Shown here: positions 59,965 to 64,000 of the stretch, one piece after another | Numbering within the stretch: position 1 is the first letter of the stretch | Layout of the letters: each line of letters starts with the position of its first letter | The notes under the pieces: model-generated | Databases searched by the model: none | What the model saw: only the letters and a program-made list of their open reading frames with translations | What the model was told of the DNA's origin: nothing | Assembly (NCBI GenBank): GCA_963735595.1 | Contig: CAVTLK010000001.1 | Coordinates: 160,001 to 224,000 of the forward strand | Length of the DNA stretch: 64,000 nucleotides | Source of the DNA: an uncultured delta proteobacterium | Lineage (GTDB): Bacteria; Desulfobacterota; Zymogenia; Zymogenales; Zymogenaceae | Direction: 5' to 3' | Program-made: the position numbers and the translations under genes

Positions 59965-61101
59965 CTACGGGACGATGCCAATTATCGGGAATACCGTCTT
60001 TTGAATATATCCGATAACCCGGTCAATCTCCTTTTCATTACGCTCTTTTGTGGGGCCGGTGATATAGATGTGCGGATCGGAGAGGTCTCCCCCTTCGATT
60101 TCAGGGCCGCTCATAACTCCCGAAAGCATGCCGGCGTACGGGTTTTCAAGCTCAATGCCATTGAGGGCAGCCCATGCCAGAGTCCAGGCCCGCGTCGCCC
60201 GTTCGAGGTTATACCCGCCCCCTCCCATCCCCACGACTTTTTCGCAGAGGTGTCCGATTTCCGTAGCGATAACGCGGATCGCGTTGTTGGTAAGGCACAG
60301 GTTCGTGAGCGGGTCGTTGGCGAGCGTGTCGGCCCCGAGCTGTGCAAGGATCACGTCGGGGGCGAATGCCTTTACGGCCGGGGGCACGATCTCCCGGAAC
60401 GCCTTCAGGTAGAGGTCGTCATCGGTCTGGGGCGGCACCGGGACGTTGATCGTATACCCGCGGCCCTTTCCGATCCCTATCTCGTTCTCGAATCCGGTTC
60501 CGGGATAGATCGTATACCCGCTCTGGTGGATGGAAATGACCAGCGCCCCGTCATCCTCCTGGAACGCCGCCTCCACGCCGTTGCCGTGGTGCGCGTCTAT
60601 ATCAATATAGGCGAAGCGTTTGCCGGACCGCCTGAGGATTCTGCCTGCAATCGCGATGTCATTAAGATAACAAAAGCCCTCGGCATAGTCTGGAAACGCA
60701 TGGTGAAATCCGCCGATCGGGTTAAAGGCGACGGCGCGGTCCGGCGACTCCATGACGTGGGAAAGGCCGATAAGGGTACCGCCCGCGGCGCAATTGGCCT
60801 TTTCGAACATGTCGGGAAATATCGGGTTATCCGAGGTACCGAGGCCGGCCAGAAGGGTATCGTCGGTAATAACGCCGTGCCCCGCCTCACCGAGGGTTTT
60901 AAGGTATCGGGCGGTATGAAACAGGAGGAGGGCGTCCTCTGATATAGGCTCCGGCTCCAGAAGCGCGATCCATGGCTCATCAATAAGACCGTATCGTTTG
61001 CAGAGATCGAGCATGATCGAGGCGCGTTCGGGCCGGAAGGGATGATTCGGGCTGTATTCGAATCGGGAAAGCGTGTCTGAATAAATAAAGAAGCTCTTCA
61101 T
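59965..61101 (-). CDS. acuC: AcuC / histone-deacetylase family Zn-dependent deacetylase
   Basis: HPFRPER, GGFHHA, GFCYLND, DIDAHHGNG, GAD...DPL, GGGGY. Confidence 0.88.
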   Translation of the reverse strand: MKSFFIYSDTLSRFEYSPNHPFRPERASIMLDLCKRYGLIDEPWIALLEPEPISEDALLLFHTARYLKTLGEAGHGVITDDTLLAGLGTSDNPIFPDMFEKANCAAGGTLIGLSHVMESPDRAVAFNPIGGFHHAFPDYAEGFCYLNDIAIAGRILRRSGKRFAYIDIDAHHGNGVEAAFQEDDGALVISIHQSGYTIYPGTGFENEIGIGKGRGYTINVPVPPQTDDDLYLKAFREIVPPAVKAFAPDVILAQLGADTLANDPLTNLCLTNNAIRVIATEIGHLCEKVVGMGGGGYNLERATRAWTLAWAALNGIELENPYAGMLSGVMSGPEIEGGDLSDPHIYITGPTKERNEKEIDRVIGYIQKTVFPIIGIVP

Positions 61102-61338
61102 GGAAAGAGTCCGAATCGCGTAGTGGATCGACCGGTCTGGGCCATCTTTGATTATGCGTGGGAATCCTGCCGACCTTCGGGCAGGGATTCTCACTAACAG
61201 GTCCTCCGTACGCCTGATAGTAACCTATTGGATTTCCAAAGTAATCTTATATCACGATCAGAGGGCAAGTCAACAGAAAAGCCGGTCGATATTCGGGGCC
61301 GGTCGGCTAAAATACTACAAATCTAACGTAAAAAAAGC

Positions 61339-61390
61339 TTGACAGTGTTTAATCTATTGTGCTAAAAATCTTGAATGAATAATCATTCAT
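61339..61390 (+). promoter_or_regulatory. Promoter with a YsiA/FadR-type operator
   Basis: TTGACA (61339) ... TGcTAAAAA, then the palindrome TGAATGAATAATCATTCA (61372-61389). Confidence 0.7.
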
Positions 61391-61533
61391 TATCGTTGCC
61401 GCTTCCCCGGCGAGCAGCGATATTGATAACCGAATGAGAATCAATTGCAATACGATATTTTGCTCGCCTCGAGAGAGATACGTGCGGCTCATCAGGACCA
61501 CAAGTTAAACTAATCAATGGAGTGCATCTGCTC

Positions 61534-62169
61534 ATGAGGGGAGAAGACAAACACGACCGAATTATTAAAGCCGCGATCAGGGTTTTTGCCAAGAACGGCT
61601 TTTATAATTCACGTGTATCAGAAATTGCGAAAGAAGCCCAGGTGGCCGACGGCACCGTCTATCTCTATTTCAAAAATAAAGATGACATACTTATCCGTCT
61701 TTTCGAGGAGGAGATGGATAAGATTATAACTAATATGAAAGACGAGATGGAAAAAATCCCTCAGCCGGCCGAGAAACTGAGGAGATTTGCCGTCATCCAT
61801 CTCAATATGGTTCGTGAGAATAAGAACCTTGCCGAAGTTATTCAGGTTGAGTTGAGACAGAGTTCGAAATTCATGCACGAATACAAGAACCGGAAGTTTA
61901 TAGAATACCTCAATATTATCTCCGGAATCGTCAAGGAAGGTCAACAGACCGGGCGTTTCAGGAACGACATCATGCCGGGCCTCTTCAAACGTTCCTTTTT
62001 TGGGGCCCTCGACGAGCTTTCTAATATGTTTGTCTTCTCAACAAAAAGAAAGTACAATGTCGAAATGGCGGCGGACCAGGTTTCCTCTTTTTTATTGCCG
62101 GGCTCCTTCCCGATAAGAACAACTAAACCATTGGCGCGGACAAACCGACCGTATACATACGGGAGATAA
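61534..62169 (+). CDS. TetR family regulator, YsiA/FadR-like
   Basis: HTH (VADGTVYLYFKNKDDIL), QVELRQS, FFGALDE. One more T in the T-run near 62090 would give ...FFIAGLLPDKNN* ending at 62126. Confidence 0.88.
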   Translation: MRGEDKHDRIIKAAIRVFAKNGFYNSRVSEIAKEAQVADGTVYLYFKNKDDILIRLFEEEMDKIITNMKDEMEKIPQPAEKLRRFAVIHLNMVRENKNLAEVIQVELRQSSKFMHEYKNRKFIEYLNIISGIVKEGQQTGRFRNDIMPGLFKRSFFGALDELSNMFVFSTKRKYNVEMAADQVSSFLLPGSFPIRTTKPLARTNRPYTYGR

Positions 62170-62202
62170 ATAAATACATAAGATCAAAAGGAGACATATC
62201 TA

Positions 62203-64000
62203 ATGGAAATCAAGAAGGTTGGGGTTATCGGGGGGGGCGCCATGGGGGGAGGAATCGCGTATCTCCTCTCGTCGGTGGGGATCGTGACCGTCGTAAAGGA
62301 TATCGATCAGAAATTCGTTGATAAAGCGCTCGAAAACTGCAAAAAGATCTATGACGGTGGTATCAAGAAGGGGAAGATTACGCAGGAGGCCGCCGATAAG
62401 GGAATGAAGCTGATCACCGGAACGCTGAAGAACGATGAGCTCAAAGACGTCGATCTGATAATCGAGGCGGTCCCTGAAGTAATGGACATCAAAAGAAAGG
62501 TCTTTGCCGATCTCGATGCCGTGTGCCCCGACCATACGATCTTCGCGACCAATACGTCTTCACTTTCCATAGAAGATATTGCCAAGGCAACAAAACGACC
62601 GTCCCAGGTGGTTGGCCTTCACTTTTTCAATCCGGCCAATATCATGAAGTTGGTGGAGGTCATTCATTATCCCGGAACTGCCCCCGAGGTCGTTGACCAG
62701 CTTATGGACTTTTCTGTAAAAATCAGGAAGACGCCCATCGAGGTCGGCAACTGCGCCGGGTTCGCCGTTAATCGTGTCCTGATCCCCTATATGGGAGAGG
62801 CGATGGCGACCCTGCTGGATACGCCCGGGCTGACCACGGCCGATATCGATAAGGCGGCCACGGAGTTCGGAATGCCGATGGGCCCCTTTACGCTCACGGA
62901 TCTCGTCGGGCTGGACGTGGGAACCCACGCGGCCGCCACCCTCGAATCCGCCTACGGCGCACGGTGTGCGGTCTCACCCATCATGAAGGCCATGGTAAAA
63001 GAAGGGCTCCTGGGTCAGAAGAGCAAAAAGGGCTTTTACGATTACGAGAAGGAAGGCGCACCCAACAGTGCCGGGTTCCTCAAAATCCTCGAGGACGAGC
63101 GCAAGAATGCAAAGACGACAAAAGCACCGTTCGACTTCCTGCGGCTATTGCTCGTTCAGATTCGTGAGGCCTTGATGATCGTAGAGGAAGGATTCGCCGA
63201 ACCCTACGATATAGACACCGGCATGGTGCTGGGTACGGGATTCCCGTATAAGGTCGCCTGGGGCCCTCTCCACTACGGCGAGGAGATTATCGGGTGGGAT
63301 AAGATAAAGGCGAAGTTCGATGAATACGCCAAGACCATCGATCCCGTGAAATTCAAGGCGCCGGCGATACTCGACAAGCTGGCCGCGGGAAAGATGCGCC
63401 TGCTCAAGCGCGCCCATTATAAGGTCGATGCCAACGGCGTGGCCGTTATGCAGATAGACAATCCCCCGATGAACGCGCTGGCCGAAAGGACCGTCCGCGA
63501 TATAGACGAGGCCTTCCAAAACGCCTTAAAAGATCCCAAGGTCAAGGTGATCGTCCTCACGGGCGCCGGTTCGGTTTTCGTTGCCGGGGCCGACATCAAG
63601 GAGATCCAGTTCGTAAAGGATAAAAACGAAGGCATCAAACTGACGCGCATGGGTCAGGAGATCCTCAACAAGATCGAAAACTCCCGAAAGCCGGTCATCG
63701 CCGCAATTAACGGCTACTGCCTCGGGGGCGGGCTCGAAATCGCCTCGGCCTGTCATATACGATACGCATCCAGTAAGGCCATGATCGGGGTGCCGGAAAT
63801 CAACCTCGGGATCATCCCCGGCTTTGGGGGTACGCAGCGGGTCCCGCGGCACGTCGGAAAGGCCCGGGGTATCGAGCTGGTGCTCACCGGCCGGTTTATG
63901 ACGGCCCAGGAGGCATACGAATACGGCCTTGTACAGAAGGTCACCTCTCCGGACATGATCCTTCCCGAAGCAAAGGGCCTGGCAACGCAGATAGCAATGA
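62203..64000 (+). CDS. 3-hydroxyacyl-CoA dehydrogenase / enoyl-CoA hydratase fusion (HAD then ECH); runs off the window end
   Basis: Absent from the ORF track because there is no stop in the window. AGGAG RBS, then MEIKKVGVIGGGAMGGGIA, IIEAVPE, ATNTSSL, GLHFFNP, PMGPF; then NPPMNAL, FVAGADIKE, CLGGGLE, PEINLGIIPGFGGTQR. Confidence 0.92.
   Translation, partial: MEIKKVGVIGGGAMGGGIAYLLSSVGIVTVVKDIDQKFVDKALENCKKIYDGGIKKGKITQEAADKGMKLITGTLKNDELKDVDLIIEAVPEVMDIKRKVFADLDAVCPDHTIFATNTSSLSIEDIAKATKRPSQVVGLHFFNPANIMKLVEVIHYPGTAPEVVDQLMDFSVKIRKTPIEVGNCAGFAVNRVLIPYMGEAMATLLDTPGLTTADIDKAATEFGMPMGPFTLTDLVGLDVGTHAAATLESAYGARCAVSPIMKAMVKEGLLGQKSKKGFYDYEKEGAPNSAGFLKILEDERKNAKTTKAPFDFLRLLLVQIREALMIVEEGFAEPYDIDTGMVLGTGFPYKVAWGPLHYGEEIIGWDKIKAKFDEYAKTIDPVKFKAPAILDKLAAGKMRLLKRAHYKVDANGVAVMQIDNPPMNALAERTVRDIDEAFQNALKDPKVKVIVLTGAGSVFVAGADIKEIQFVKDKNEGIKLTRMGQEILNKIENSRKPVIAAINGYCLGGGLEIASACHIRYASSKAMIGVPEINLGIIPGFGGTQRVPRHVGKARGIELVLTGRFMTAQEAYEYGLVQKVTSPDMILPEAKGLATQIAM

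Noticed and set aside
59923..60942. 339-aa plus-strand ORF
   Set aside because: Antisense shadow of acuC.
1..64000. CRISPR array, tRNA/rRNA, IS elements, prophage or defence genes
   Set aside because: I saw no spaced direct-repeat array, cloverleaf, transposase, integrase or phage-like ORF by eye; dedicated tools were not run.

Overview
GC-rich bacterial chromosomal segment whose gene content and order suggest an anaerobic Desulfobacterota/Deltaproteobacteria-type organism (inference). I found no tRNA, rRNA, CRISPR array, transposase, integrase or prophage gene. From left to right it holds: the 3' part of a group-3 [NiFe]-hydrogenase large subunit gene plus its maturation protease; an EamA transporter; a minus-strand housekeeping block (rplM-rpsI-argC-mfd, three parvulin PPIases, PBP1A); assorted enzymes; feoAB and two metallophosphoesterase-fold genes; a BKACE-SDR-TauE cluster; dodecin. 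Next comes a ~20 kb minus-strand run (GH1, K+ channel, CHASE2 adenylate cyclase, mlaE-F-D, a W/F/Y-Pro repeat lipoprotein, a RACo/ASKHA protein, DUF2339, a DUF3999-like protein, purH-D-E, tetraheme cytochrome c3, ResB/ResC, GDPD). After CBS, GT4, DODA and PAS-GGDEF genes, the window ends in an acyl-CoA region (TetR-prpE, V4R, two NMO/FabK paralogs, AcuC, and a FadR-like TetR before a HAD-ECH fusion running off the end). Two stretches (~19.7-23.9 kb and ~42.3-46.9 kb) are full of small indels, most likely read/assembly errors rather than true decay. Best leads: (1) an MCE/Mla transporter with no adjacent mlaA/B/C, tightly coupled instead to a ~20-repeat beta-type lipoprotein; (2) a YmdB homolog that has lost essentially all metal ligands, next to an apparently active phosphoesterase; (3) recognisable operators (tandem DtxR-like boxes at feoAB, a CRP-like box, a YsiA/FadR-type box). 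All product calls come from motif recognition by eye, not from database searches.
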